DNA of 64,000 nt from Tubulanus polymorphus (taxonomy: Eukaryota > Animalia > Nemertea): NCBI RefSeq assembly GCF_964204645.1, contig NC_134025.1, forward strand, positions 16,591,101 through 16,655,100. The letters run 5' to 3'. The translations under genes and the position numbers were made by a program. Each line of letters starts with the position of its first letter. Positions within the stretch are counted from its first letter, which is position 1. Below the pieces are notes generated by a model that saw nothing but the letters and a program-made list of their open reading frames with translations, ran no database searches and was not told the origin of the DNA. Positions 25,501 to 36,566 of this stretch are shown one piece after another.

Positions 25501-27654
25501 TATCCTGAAAATATAAAGTTTAAAACAAGAAACTTACCTTATTGCCCAGAACATTTAACTGTAGATGATAGTTATTTAAGTGAATACCAGAAGAAAATAA
25601 AACCGAAAGATCATGTTTTTACAGAAAAATTAATACTTACTCAAAATAATAAATACAATTATATTGTTCATTATAGAATGTTAAAATTTTATCTAAAACA
25701 AGGAATGAAATTAAAGAAAGTACATAGATATATTGAATTTAATCAATCAAAGTGGTTAGAAAAATATATAGATTTCAATACTCAACAGAGAACCATATCA
25801 AAAACAGATTTTGAAAAAGATTTCTTCAAATTAATGAATAATAGTTTTTATGGTAAAACATGTGAAAATATTAGAAATAGAAATGATATTGAATTAGTAA
25901 ATAATTCTGAACGATTGAGACACCTACAATCAAGTCCTAGACATTTAGGAAATAAAAGATTTGAGGATTATTTAACCGCGGTAAAATTAAAAAGAACGTC
26001 TATTAAATTCAATAAACCTATATTTATTGGTTCGACTGTTTTAGAATTATCAAAATTACTAATGTATGAATTCTATTATAATGTATTACAACCTCATTTT
26101 GGGGAAAAGAATATAGAAATTCTATACTTTGATTCTGTTACAGCAGACACCCCAATATTATTAAAATGTAATGATAAAATATTGATAAGAAGAATTTCAG
26201 AAATAATTCCAAAACAAAATGAATGTTATATTTCATATGGAGAAAAAGAATTAATACAAATAAATGGTTTAATGGATGTTTGGACAAGAAATGGATGGAA
26301 AAAATTAAAGAATATAATTAGACATAAAACGAATAAGAAAATCTATAGAGTTAGAACTAAATTAGGATTTGTTGATATTACTGAAGACCATAGTTTGATT
26401 AAACAAAATGGTAATGAAATAAAACCAACTGATATAAAAATTGGAGATGAATTATTACATAAAAGATTTTTCCCAAGAATGAATCATATGTCATTTGATG
26501 AAATAATTGATAATATTTATAATATAGAACCCGAAACATTGGAAGAAAAAGAATATTTTATCAAAGGATTTTTCATGGGTGATGGTTCAGCAGGTGTGTA
26601 TAATTATGTTAGTGGAACTAAATATTGTTGGTATTTATGCAATCAAGACTTAAAATTATTAGAAAGAATTGAGAAATTCTGTGAAGAAGTTTATTCACAT
26701 AAAACATTCAAAATCATAGATGTTATGAAATCATCGCAATGTTATAGAATACATGTGAATAATCCTAAAGATTTTGCTATAAAATATAATAACGAATTCT
26801 ATATTCATGCAATAGTGAAAAGTAATACTTCAACAAAAGAAAAGATAGTTCCAGATTATGTATTAAATGCAAAAAATAATTTAAGAAAATGGTTCTTCAT
26901 TGGATTCTATGCAGCAGATGGTTCAAAAAGTTTCCAAAACCGCAAAACAATATCTTTAGCTCAAAAAGGAAAAGTTGCTATATCAGGATTGAATATATTA
27001 TGCACTTCATTAGGATTTAATATGAATATTGGATTGATTAAATCTAAACCAAATTGCTTTAATTTAAGCCATGTAGAAAATGAGTTAACAGAAGAAGTTA
27101 AGGATTTATTTGAAATATATAACCCAACAGATTATGTTTATGATTTATCAACTGAAGATGGTACATTTAACTGTGGATTTCCATTAATAGCGGTCAATAC
27201 TGACGCCTACATACTAAAAATCAAGACAAATAATATAACAAAAGACTTAAAAACATTAAAACATTATTTTGATTTTAGCAATTACCCCAAAGATCATGAA
27301 TTGTTTAGCAATGATAATAAAAAGATTCCTGGTAAATTTAAAGATGAATTAGGGGGTGATGAAATGATTGAATTTGTTGGGATAAGAAGTAAAATGTATA
27401 GTTACAGAACAAAAGATCATGAAGCTAAAAAGTTAAAAGGAATAACAAAACATGTGGTTGATAAACATATAGAATTTCAAGATTATATAAAGTGTTTATA
27501 TAAATCAATTGTAATGAAACACAAAATAAATTATTTAAGATCAGAAGATCATGAGATGTACATTAATGAAGTTGAAAAAACTAGTTTAAATCCATTTGAT
27601 GATAAAAGGCATATTTCAGATGATGGTATAAAAACATTACCTTATAGCCATTAA
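22584..27654 (+). pseudogene. pPolB of E2 (ZnF, OTU-like and Endo VII-like inserts, intein), three frameshifts
   Basis: ATG at 22584. Breaks at an A-run ~22710, a 10-bp duplication TAGAACTGAG ~23924 and ~24068. Motifs DNKCFLWSI, YGDFES, VRDHDH..RGAAH..CN, HNLSGYD, YIDANNLY, KLMNNSFYGKT. Confidence 0.9.
26134..27198 (+). other. 355-aa intein with LAGLIDADG homing endonuclease in pPolB motif C (YFD|TD)
   Basis: Block A SVTADTPILL, block B DITEDHSL, LAGLIDADG-like GFFMGDGS and GFYAADGS, block F YVYDLSTEDGTF, end IAVN|T. E1 and E3 have uninterrupted YFDTDSY. Confidence 0.95.
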
Positions 27655-28967
27655 AACATAAAATCAATATCATCATACTCGAAATCACTATTAGCTTCTT
27701 CATTTTCATTTAATTGTTCAGGTTCTTCTTCCATTCCATTTTTCTCATTTAAATAAATTTCTATCTTGTTCCACATTTCATCTCGCACTCTTTGTTTCTT
27801 TTTGTTTGTTAATTCATCAAATGGAATTATAATATCTAGGTTTAAATAATTTACAATCTTATTTAAAAAGAATTCATAATTTATTGAATCTGTTATTCTA
27901 TTTTCCAAATGATACATTAATATTTGTTTAAATATTTTTTTTATATTTTCCATATCTTCTTCTGTTAATTTAGGTTTTTCATAATAATCGTTAAATAATA
28001 AATATAAATACATTTTCTTTTGTTTTGTGTTAAATGTTGGTGGAATAATTGTTTTTATAATATCTTTTTTAGTTATTTCACCATTTTTATTTTCTATTAT
28101 TTTCATTTTTTCAAGCCATTGCATATATTCTGGTGTATGATCTTCTATAGAAAATATTTTAAAAATTTTATCAAGATAATTTAATTTTGGTTCTATAAGA
28201 AAATTTCTAGTTTTTTCTTCACCCCATAAATTCCTTTGCCATCCACAATCAACACAAAATAACACAGTACCTTCTTGCCTTAAGGTCGCATAAATACATT
28301 GTGGGCATTTTTGTTTATAATTTACTGGTAATAGATCTTCATTAAGCTCTTGGTATTTTCTTACGTTTTCTTTATGTTTTATTGTTCTATTATGTAGATT
28401 TGAATTACTTGTTGTAATAATCAATTTACAATATTTACAATAATATGTTTTTCTTGTTAATTCATTATATTGTTTTTCTAACTTTTTAACTGTTTCTTCA
28501 TTATCTGGTAACGTTTTCTCATATTTTATTTTTTCTAATAAATTATTTTTTCTTGCATTGAATTCAGTTTCAAATTTATTAGAAATTTTATCTATATGTA
28601 CTTTACGAAATTGATGATTCTCCCAATCTTCTATATTTTCAGGGTTATATTTTATTCGACAAGGCTCACAGAAATAATCTTTTATATTATCCTTATCATA
28701 GAATAAGAAAGGTCTTTTCCAAATAATTTCACGTTCAACTTCAACAGAATTATTATTACTTTCGTTACTGTCAACATTAACTATAAAGTTATTATTTTTA
28801 CACTTCTCCGAATGTTTTTTGAAATAATTTCTAGAGAATGTTTTATTACATTTTGGGCAGTTTATTTTAGGGGGTTTATAATTTTCATCATGTTTTTTCA
28901 TATGTCGAGCCTTATTACTTTTTCTTAGAAGTTCACCACAAATTTCGCATGCTATCTTCTCATCCAT
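27651..28967 (-). CDS. Zinc-finger protein fused to a poxvirus VLTF-3 (A2)-like late transcription factor domain
   Basis: N-terminal Cx2C..H..H fingers. C-terminal CPQC-x13-CVDC, RNFLIEPKLNYL, IFKQILMYHLEN..SINYEFFLNKI..DEMWNKI, matching the recalled vaccinia A2 pattern (CSGC-x13-CIFC, [35 protein letters not shown]..W). Confidence 0.75.
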   Translation of the reverse strand: MDEKIACEICGELLRKSNKARHMKKHDENYKPPKINCPKCNKTFSRNYFKKHSEKCKNNNFIVNVDSNESNNNSVEVEREIIWKRPFLFYDKDNIKDYFCEPCRIKYNPENIEDWENHQFRKVHIDKISNKFETEFNARKNNLLEKIKYEKTLPDNEETVKKLEKQYNELTRKTYYCKYCKLIITTSNSNLHNRTIKHKENVRKYQELNEDLLPVNYKQKCPQCIYATLRQEGTVLFCVDCGWQRNLWGEEKTRNFLIEPKLNYLDKIFKIFSIEDHTPEYMQWLEKMKIIENKNGEITKKDIIKTIIPPTFNTKQKKMYLYLLFNDYYEKPKLTEEDMENIKKIFKQILMYHLENRITDSINYEFFLNKIVNYLNLDIIIPFDELTNKKKQRVRDEMWNKIEIYLNEKNGMEEEPEQLNENEEANSDFEYDDIDFMF

Positions 28968-29035
28968 TTATTAAGGAAAAATTTTATTAAAATTAATTTT
29001 TAGTGATGAGCGGTAATTTTTTTATGTTATAAATA

Positions 29036-29834
29036 ATGGTAGAATTAAAAGAATACAGAATATTTGTTGATTCTAGAAAACTTATAAATTATAAATCTCA
29101 TAATTTATTAGTACAATTAGATAGAGAATTTAAGAATTGTGTAGATTTAAAATTAGTAAATATAAGTTTATGTAATTCTTTTTATAATATATCGGATAAA
29201 ACTGATGAACATAGAAGCCTTCTTATTTTTGATAAACTTGAAAAAAAATGGATTCATGCTTATGCTTACACCAGGATTATATGATTTAGAAACATTAGAG
29301 CAAGAAATTAATAGAAAAGCTCGGATTAGATTAGGTAATGGTAATTCTAAATTTTATATTAAATTCATAAAAAGTGAGAGCTCTAATAAAATTAAAATAA
29401 AGCTTGATGATGAACTTATTAAACTTGATAAATCTAATCCATTGATGACAAGAAGACATACTTACACGGTAAAAAAACCTATAGCTAAACTATTAGGAAT
29501 TACTCCAAATCAATTTGGTGGAAACAAACACGGTAACTCAAATATAATACCTTTTACACACTTTTATATTTATTGCAATTTAATCGATCCTACAAAAACA
29601 TTCGAAGCAACTAAAGATACAACATGTAATTCTAGTATATTTAACATTTTACCATTGAAGAATGTTAAACAATTTGGAACGCAAATAAATTATAATTTAG
29701 CTGAATGTGATTTTAAACCTTGTATTCCACATTTCAATAATTTTAAATTAGAAATAAGAAATCATAATGGTTATTTAATTGATTTGAATAACTTTCTTGT
29801 AATTTATGAATTAGTTATAAGATGTAAAGAGTAA
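29036..29834 (+). pseudogene. Minor capsid (penton-like) protein, one frameshift ~29245
   Basis: Two ORFs that together align to the E3 253-aa protein. Confidence 0.8.
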
Positions 29835-29850
29835 TTTTTCACCCATATAA

Positions 29851-30204
29851 ATGAATATAACTGTTGGACCGAGTATATGTTTTGGATTTGATTTTAAACG
29901 TGAGAAAGAAATGAAATCTAACATTAATGATGTAATTACACATATCAAAAATATTGCATTTTCTAATGAAACAACATTTGAGTATGAAACAACAATAGAT
30001 AAAGAAACTTTAAATGTAGAAAAGATTACTAATTTAATTAGAGAATCTTTAAGATTTTATGAATTAGATGAAAATTTTATAATCGATGATATTAAGAAAA
30101 TAATAATTGAAATATATACAAATGAAACTAGTAATGAAATAAATGTTGAATTAATCATAAATAAGTTAACTAAATATTTTGAAGTTAGTAATTTTTTTGA
30201 TTAA
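29851..30204 (+). CDS. Hypothetical 117-aa protein
   Basis: Homolog of 47433-47774 (MNITVGPSICFGFDFK); TAAATG start. Confidence 0.8.
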   Translation: MNITVGPSICFGFDFKREKEMKSNINDVITHIKNIAFSNETTFEYETTIDKETLNVEKITNLIRESLRFYELDENFIIDDIKKIIIEIYTNETSNEINVELIINKLTKYFEVSNFFD

Positions 30205-30207
30205 TAA

Positions 30208-30429
30208 ATGAGTGATAATAAGTGGATAATAACTGGATTATATAATGGCGCATTACTATCAGTTGGAACGGTTGGTTATTCAATGGTATTAAAAAAAGTA
30301 TTCAAAATGGGAAGTGTTAATGTTGATAGATTTGATATAAATGATATTTTAAAGTTAACATTAGCAGTTACTTTATCTAATTTAACTATTGATTATTTAG
30401 AAAAACAAAAATATATTCCTCCCATATAA
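30208..30429 (+). CDS. 73-aa small hydrophobic protein
   Basis: Identical protein in E3. Confidence 0.88.
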   Translation: MSDNKWIITGLYNGALLSVGTVGYSMVLKKVFKMGSVNVDRFDINDILKLTLAVTLSNLTIDYLEKQKYIPPI

Positions 30430-30454
30430 ATGTGTAATTTTTTTTGTTAAATAA

Positions 30455-30877
30455 ATGGCTTCTGCAATTATAACTATTATAGGATCGGCAATTGTTAACG
30501 CTTTAGCATTTACTGGTGGTGGATATTTATTTAAACATATTGATAAAAATAGTTCATTAGGAGAACAAAGAAGACATAACTTAGCGTTAGAGAAATACAA
30601 TAAAGCTGCAGAAGAATATAGAGAAAAGAGACAAAACTATATGGATTACATCAATAAAGAATTATATGATCAGAAGATTTCACATAGAGATTTTCAATCA
30701 GTTGATGATGCAATGAGTTTATATAACGCAGTAACAAATAAAGAAAAATTACATCTATACAAACCTAAATTATCAGATTATTATACCCCAAGTAAAGAAC
30801 AACAGAAATATGAAATAATATGGATTTTAGGTGGAACAGTTATTGTTATATTTGTTGCTTATAAGTTTACTAATTAG
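30455..30877 (+). CDS. 140-aa protein with hydrophobic N- and C-termini
   Basis: Near-identical in E3; canonical T8-GTTAAA-TAAATG start. Confidence 0.88.
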   Translation: MASAIITIIGSAIVNALAFTGGGYLFKHIDKNSSLGEQRRHNLALEKYNKAAEEYREKRQNYMDYINKELYDQKISHRDFQSVDDAMSLYNAVTNKEKLHLYKPKLSDYYTPSKEQQKYEIIWILGGTVIVIFVAYKFTN

Positions 30878-30896
30878 TAATTTTTATTCTAAATAA

Positions 30897-31331
30897 ATGG
30901 AAGATAAAGTTGATAGTATTGATATTATTCCTCATGATATAAATAAAACTAAATTAAAAACATATTTAGAAAAACAAATATTAGAATTTGAAAGTGACTT
31001 AAAGATAAAAAAGAAAAAATATTTAAAAAGTAAAATTATATATTATTTGATTATAAGTGGTTCGGTTACAATTAGTTCTGTAATAACATTTCTAGCAATA
31101 TTCAGCCCATTAACACCTTTAGCTATATCAATTGGTGTATTAGGATTAAGTTCAAGTGTTTTAACTGGTATAAGTTCAAAATTAAATATAAAAAGTAATA
31201 AAGAAAAAATCAAAACTAATATAAAAGAAATTAATAAATTAAAGAACACACTAGATTATATAATAAGTTTAAATGGCCATATAACAGTTGAAGAACAAGA
31301 TAAATTATTAAAAGAATTAATAAATTATTAA
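30897..31331 (+). CDS. 144-aa two-TM coiled-coil protein
   Basis: Central hydrophobic hairpin; near-identical in E3. Confidence 0.88.
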   Translation: MEDKVDSIDIIPHDINKTKLKTYLEKQILEFESDLKIKKKKYLKSKIIYYLIISGSVTISSVITFLAIFSPLTPLAISIGVLGLSSSVLTGISSKLNIKSNKEKIKTNIKEINKLKNTLDYIISLNGHITVEEQDKLLKELINY

Positions 31332-31347
31332 TTTTTTAGTTATATAA

Positions 31348-32685
31348 ATGGGGTTTCCAAAAGCTTTCCAATATAATAAATCACATGAATATTATAAATA
31401 TAATACTCCAGCAATAGATTTTAGTAACATGATAATATATAAAAATTTAGTTTTACCTTCATTGATTAATTTAGAAATTTATGTTACTGAAACAAACTAT
31501 TTTATTTCTAAAATGGAAAATATATTTAATACATATGAAGTTACTTTTACTCGAGATGAATATAATATATATAAAGTAAAATCTAATATGAAATATTGGC
31601 AGAATCAATTAAATTTTGCTGTTCATTGTGCAACAGCTGGTTGTGGTGTAAGTTGGTATGATCACTTGAATAACTTAGATAAAAATTTGAAATATTCTGA
31701 TTTAAAATTCATTCATACAATATTTAGATTTCATGTATACTTTCAAATTAGAATTATATTAAATGAATTAGAATGCCCTTTACCTGGATCAAAATATCTT
31801 AAAGAATTAGATAATAATATTAATCTATCTAAGTTTTATAAAATATGTAATGAATTTAATATAAATATTAATTTCGATTTTAGAGCGCATGGTAAATTGC
31901 AAGGTGTCGGTGAACAGTATGAAATAAAAAGAATTGATTATATGCATAGAATTGGAGCTTATCATAATTATAAAATTAATAATAATAATGGTTGGGTTTA
32001 TTTTATTGAATCTTATAGTGAAGGATTTACAAAACCCGGTATACAAAGAATAAATCAATCAATTAGAACTTATTTGATATGTATTTTAGGTGCACAAGTT
32101 GAAACAAGATCACCAATAGTTGGAAATAATAGTACTTCATTTGATGCGCAGAAACAATTCAAAGTATTATTTGAAGATTCCATTCATAATGATAAAAATA
32201 GATCGATTCCAGAAAACATTGTAAGATATCAAAATTATTTAGATAAATCACATATTAGATTAAATTATTGTATAGGACCTAATCTATTAATTATTTCTAA
32301 TGATTTAGTATTAAAGATGGGAAATATAATTGGTTATAATAATCTAATTAAAACTGCAACAATAAATAATTCAATTGGATTAAATGATATAAATAAAAAG
32401 ATTATTACTGCTCCAAAATTAATGGAAGGTGAAAAAAATAAAAAACATATTCAATCAACAGAAACTAAAACTAATAATATTAAATTAAATAATGATTCCA
32501 AAATAAAAGATTACAATACTATAGAAAATGGTGCCGTACGGCACCCACACGGTGATATTAAAACCGATAAAATTCAACATGATATAATTAAACTAAATGA
32601 TGATAATAAATCCCATGAAAATACTAAATTAGCTATAACTTGTATAGGAATTGTAATCGGAGGAATATTATATTTTAAATTTTAA
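31348..32685 (+). CDS. 445-aa conserved protein with C-terminal TM anchor
   Basis: WQNQLNFAVHCATAGCG, YLICILGAQVETR; homologs in E1 and E3. Confidence 0.88.
   Translation: MGFPKAFQYNKSHEYYKYNTPAIDFSNMIIYKNLVLPSLINLEIYVTETNYFISKMENIFNTYEVTFTRDEYNIYKVKSNMKYWQNQLNFAVHCATAGCGVSWYDHLNNLDKNLKYSDLKFIHTIFRFHVYFQIRIILNELECPLPGSKYLKELDNNINLSKFYKICNEFNININFDFRAHGKLQGVGEQYEIKRIDYMHRIGAYHNYKINNNNGWVYFIESYSEGFTKPGIQRINQSIRTYLICILGAQVETRSPIVGNNSTSFDAQKQFKVLFEDSIHNDKNRSIPENIVRYQNYLDKSHIRLNYCIGPNLLIISNDLVLKMGNIIGYNNLIKTATINNSIGLNDINKKIITAPKLMEGEKNKKHIQSTETKTNNIKLNNDSKIKDYNTIENGAVRHPHGDIKTDKIQHDIIKLNDDNKSHENTKLAITCIGIVIGGILYFKF
32530..32556 (+). repeat. GC palindromic micro-insertion GGTGCCGTACGGCACCCACACGGT(GAT)
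   Basis: Absent from the E1 and E3 orthologs; adds 9 codons. Confidence 0.85.
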
Positions 32686-32701
32686 TTTTTTCATTATGTA
32701 A

Positions 32702-34140
32702 ATGGATGTAGAAGGTGGAGAAGATATTGGAATGGATCCTTTTGATGAACCTGACATAACTGATGAACAACCACCTGATTTTGATGAAACAAGTTTTAAT
32801 GATGGTAATGAACCAGAATATAACAATAATTTGAATATGCCTGATTATATTAAAAATGCTGAATCACAATTAAATCCTGAAAATTTAGACCCATATTTAG
32901 TAAAACAAGATTTAGATAATTTAAACAAAATACCTAAATTAGAATATTTAATTGAAAAATCTAATTTTAACATAAATGATGAAGACGTTGGACTTTTAGC
33001 AGATCAATTGAAATTTTTAGATAATGGTAAATGTTATTATCGTTTGAAAGGTGATTATTATATTGATATCACTTATAAAAATAATAAAAATAAAATATTA
33101 TCAGAATCAACTTTAGAAAAATTAAAACCAGATAGAATTAAAATAATAAGTAATAGTAATGAAATAACTGATGTTACACAAAAAGAAATAGATGATAATA
33201 TAGATGTATTTAAACAAAGAATTAATGAATTATTTGAAATAATCAAAAAGAAATCAGAAACAGAAACAACTTCTGAACAGAATATAACTTCCAAAAATAG
33301 TAAACTTAGATCAAATAAAGTTCCAATTGAAAAACTTTTACCGAATGGATTATTTGATGCAACAGATCAAGAATTAGAAGATTTAGATATATTTTCTGAT
33401 AAAGCAATTAGAGAAATTATTAGTATAAGACTTGCATCTGATAAAATTGCACATAATAAAAGTATAAGAGATCAAAAAATTATGTATTTGGAAAAAGAAT
33501 TAACTGATAAAAATAAAGAAATAGAACAATTAAAGTCTGATTTAGATCATCAAGTAATTGATGAAATAGAATATAGGCAAAAAGAATTACGTTTAGAAAA
33601 AGAAATTAGTAATTTAAAAGATAATTTAGAAGTACAGAAAGAAGAAATTAAATTATTATTAAAATCATATGATTATAATATTAATAGATTAAAAGTTATT
33701 TTTAAAGATTTGTTGATTAAACCAAATTCTGAAATATCATTAAAAGACAGGATGAAGTTATTATTTAAATTAGAAGGAATAACAATTCTTTCAATTCTAA
33801 CAGCTGTAACTATGTTATTTACAACAATTGGTTTAGCAATATCAAATGCTTTGAAATCTACTCCTACTCCCACTCCAATAAACCAGATAAACCTCCAGGT
33901 AATAATTCTATACAAGATAAAGTTAAGGATGGTTTAAAGAAATTAGCAAAATATTTATGGGAACTATCTAAAAAATCTGCTGCAGCATTGCCAGGAGTTA
34001 TTGCATCAATTGTTGGTTTTATATTGAAATCTGCAGGAAACATTATTAACTTTGCTGCTGAACATATTATTTTATTTTTAATTACAGTTGTAAGTGCTAT
34101 TATTTTTGGGTTAGTAAATATGATATCAAAAAATAAATAA
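32702..34140 (+). pseudogene. Large acidic/coiled-coil membrane protein, 1-bp frameshift ~33878
   Basis: CCCACTCCAATA vs CCCACTCCCAATA in E3; C-terminal TM block is out of frame. Confidence 0.82.
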
Positions 34141-34160
34141 TTAATTTTTTTGTTAAATAA

Positions 34161-35408
34161 ATGAGTGGGAGTTATATAAGTCCTTCGAAGAATCATAGAA
34201 TATCTAATGCTATTAAAGCAGAAAGATTACATCATATAATTACTCATAACCCTTCAAATATTAATCCCGATGAAACTTTATACGTGAGGATTCCTCGATT
34301 AACACAAAATACTTTTTATGTTCCAAATAGTATTTATTTATCAGCTGATATAAAAGTAATCGGTAATAATAATAATTATGTTGTTGATAATGTTGGAAGA
34401 TATTTGATTAAAAAGTTAACAATAAAGATTGGTCCAGAAACAGTTTTCTCATTAGATGATTATAATTTATTTTCACATTATAAAGATTTATGGTTAACTA
34501 AAGAAAATAGAAATAATATGATATTTCAGGGTATTCAATCAGAAAACCAAAATAAATTAAGATCTGAAGCCAATAACGCAGTAGTAAATAATGGTGTAGA
34601 TAATTTGATTAAAAGTATATATGGAAGCAAATATAAAATTCCATTAGACTTTGAATTGATAAATAATAATGCACCTTTATATAAATACGCAATTCAAGAA
34701 GATATTATATTTGAGATAACATTTGCTCCTGTAAATGAAATTGTATTATCTAGCGTTGTTAAAGATATGGGTTATAAATTATCGAATATATGTTTAGAAT
34801 ATAACACAGTAACTAATGAAAATATTGCTAGCACAATTCAAACTCAATACAATCAAGGATTTTCATTATTATATGATTATATTGATAAATTTAAAACTGT
34901 AACTATTAATGCAAATGATGAAATTATTAATGAGAATATTAACTTCCCAAGAAGATCTATTAAAGGTATATTAATATTTTTTACTATTGCAACATATTCT
35001 AATGGTGCAATAAATGTTGATAATTATTATAATCCTGAAATAACAAAAGTAGAAATAACTATCGAAGGAATAGCGAATAAAATATTTTGTCAAGGAATGA
35101 GAATGATTGATCAATGGGTAGAAATTAAAAAACATTTTATGAATGAAAAAGTAAAATCATTTGAAAATTGTAATATTAATCAAATTGATTATTATACCGG
35201 TAATAAATATGCATTATGGTTAGATTTTAGAACAACTGAAGATAATTCATTACATGGTTCTGGGAAAAAACTACAGAACACTAAAGATGGAATACAATTA
35301 TTTATGAAAAAGAATAAAGGAATCAAAAATTTTAAAATGCACATTTATATTATATCTGACGCGCAATTAAATATTGTAAATTCACAATTAGATAGTATTC
35401 AATATTAG
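34161..35408 (+). CDS. Major capsid protein (double jelly-roll), 415 aa
   Basis: Size, beta-rich pattern, VDNVGRYLIKKLTIKIG and YKIPLDF motifs resembling DJR capsids; most conserved large gene in all three elements. Confidence 0.8.
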   Translation: MSGSYISPSKNHRISNAIKAERLHHIITHNPSNINPDETLYVRIPRLTQNTFYVPNSIYLSADIKVIGNNNNYVVDNVGRYLIKKLTIKIGPETVFSLDDYNLFSHYKDLWLTKENRNNMIFQGIQSENQNKLRSEANNAVVNNGVDNLIKSIYGSKYKIPLDFELINNNAPLYKYAIQEDIIFEITFAPVNEIVLSSVVKDMGYKLSNICLEYNTVTNENIASTIQTQYNQGFSLLYDYIDKFKTVTINANDEIINENINFPRRSIKGILIFFTIATYSNGAINVDNYYNPEITKVEITIEGIANKIFCQGMRMIDQWVEIKKHFMNEKVKSFENCNINQIDYYTGNKYALWLDFRTTEDNSLHGSGKKLQNTKDGIQLFMKKNKGIKNFKMHIYIISDAQLNIVNSQLDSIQY

Positions 35409-35438
35409 AAATATAAAGTTAAAATTAAGGATATATAA

Positions 35439-36566
35439 ATGAGTGGTAAAAAAACTCCTAATACTAAAGAACAATATTTAAGAAATTTATATTACAACCC
35501 TGAGAGTTCGGTTGCTTATTCTTCTACTAAAAATATATGGCGTAAAGTAAAACAAGATAAATTAGATAAGATAATCCCACAAAATTTAGTTAAATATAAA
35601 GATATAAATGAATTTATGTTAGAACAACCAACATATACAACACATAAAAAAATTGTTAGAAAATATAAAACTCGTAAAACTATGGTAAGTTATGTAGATC
35701 AACAGTGGCAAGGAGATTTAATTGATATGAAAAATGTTAAGAAAGATAATGATGATTATTGGTGGTTATTGAATATAATTGATATTTTTAGTCGTTATGT
35801 ATGGAGCTTCCCACTTTATAGAAAAGATGCTGTACAAACATCAAATGTTTTAAGAAAATTTCTTTCGGATGATAAACTAAAACCAGAAAAAATACAATTT
35901 GATGATGGAAAAGAATTTGATAATTCACTTGTTCATGAACTCTTAGATAATCATAATATTAAATATTTTTCAACAAAATCAGATAAAAAAGCAGCAGTTG
36001 TTGAACGATTTAATAGAACATTAAGAACAAGAACGTGGAAATATTTTACAGCAAATAATACTTTTAAATGGATTGATGTTTTACCAAAATTGATAGAAGG
36101 ATATAATAATTCTTATCATTCTTCTATTGGAATGAAACCTATTGATGCTAGAAAATCTGAAAATGCTGAAATTGTTTGGAATAATTTATATGGAGCATTT
36201 CTTATAGATGATTTTGGTGAACCTAAATTTAAAGTTGGTCAAAATGTTAGAATTTCTAAGTATAAAAAGATATTTGATAAAGGATACGATCGAAATTTTA
36301 CTAGAGAAATATATAAAATAAAAAAGGTAATAACAACAAAACCATATGTCTATAAATTAGAAGATTTAGATGGTGAAGAAGTTGATGGCTACTTTTACGA
36401 AGAAGAATTAAGTTTAACTACTGAAAATCTAGAACAAGAATATAAAATTGAAAAAGTACTAAAAACAAAAACTGTTAAAAGAAAAAAATATTCTTTAGTA
36501 AAATGGGTTGGATGGCCAGATAAATTTAATGAATGGATATTATCAAGTAAAATTAAAAATATATAA
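35439..36566 (+). CDS. RVE (DDE) integrase with C-terminal chromodomain-like region
   Basis: QWQGDLIDM, IDIFSRY, IQFDDGKEF, AVVERFNRT; YKIEKVLK..LVKWVGWPDKFNEW. Confidence 0.94.
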   Translation: MSGKKTPNTKEQYLRNLYYNPESSVAYSSTKNIWRKVKQDKLDKIIPQNLVKYKDINEFMLEQPTYTTHKKIVRKYKTRKTMVSYVDQQWQGDLIDMKNVKKDNDDYWWLLNIIDIFSRYVWSFPLYRKDAVQTSNVLRKFLSDDKLKPEKIQFDDGKEFDNSLVHELLDNHNIKYFSTKSDKKAAVVERFNRTLRTRTWKYFTANNTFKWIDVLPKLIEGYNNSYHSSIGMKPIDARKSENAEIVWNNLYGAFLIDDFGEPKFKVGQNVRISKYKKIFDKGYDRNFTREIYKIKKVITTKPYVYKLEDLDGEEVDGYFYEEELSLTTENLEQEYKIEKVLKTKTVKRKKYSLVKWVGWPDKFNEWILSSKIKNI

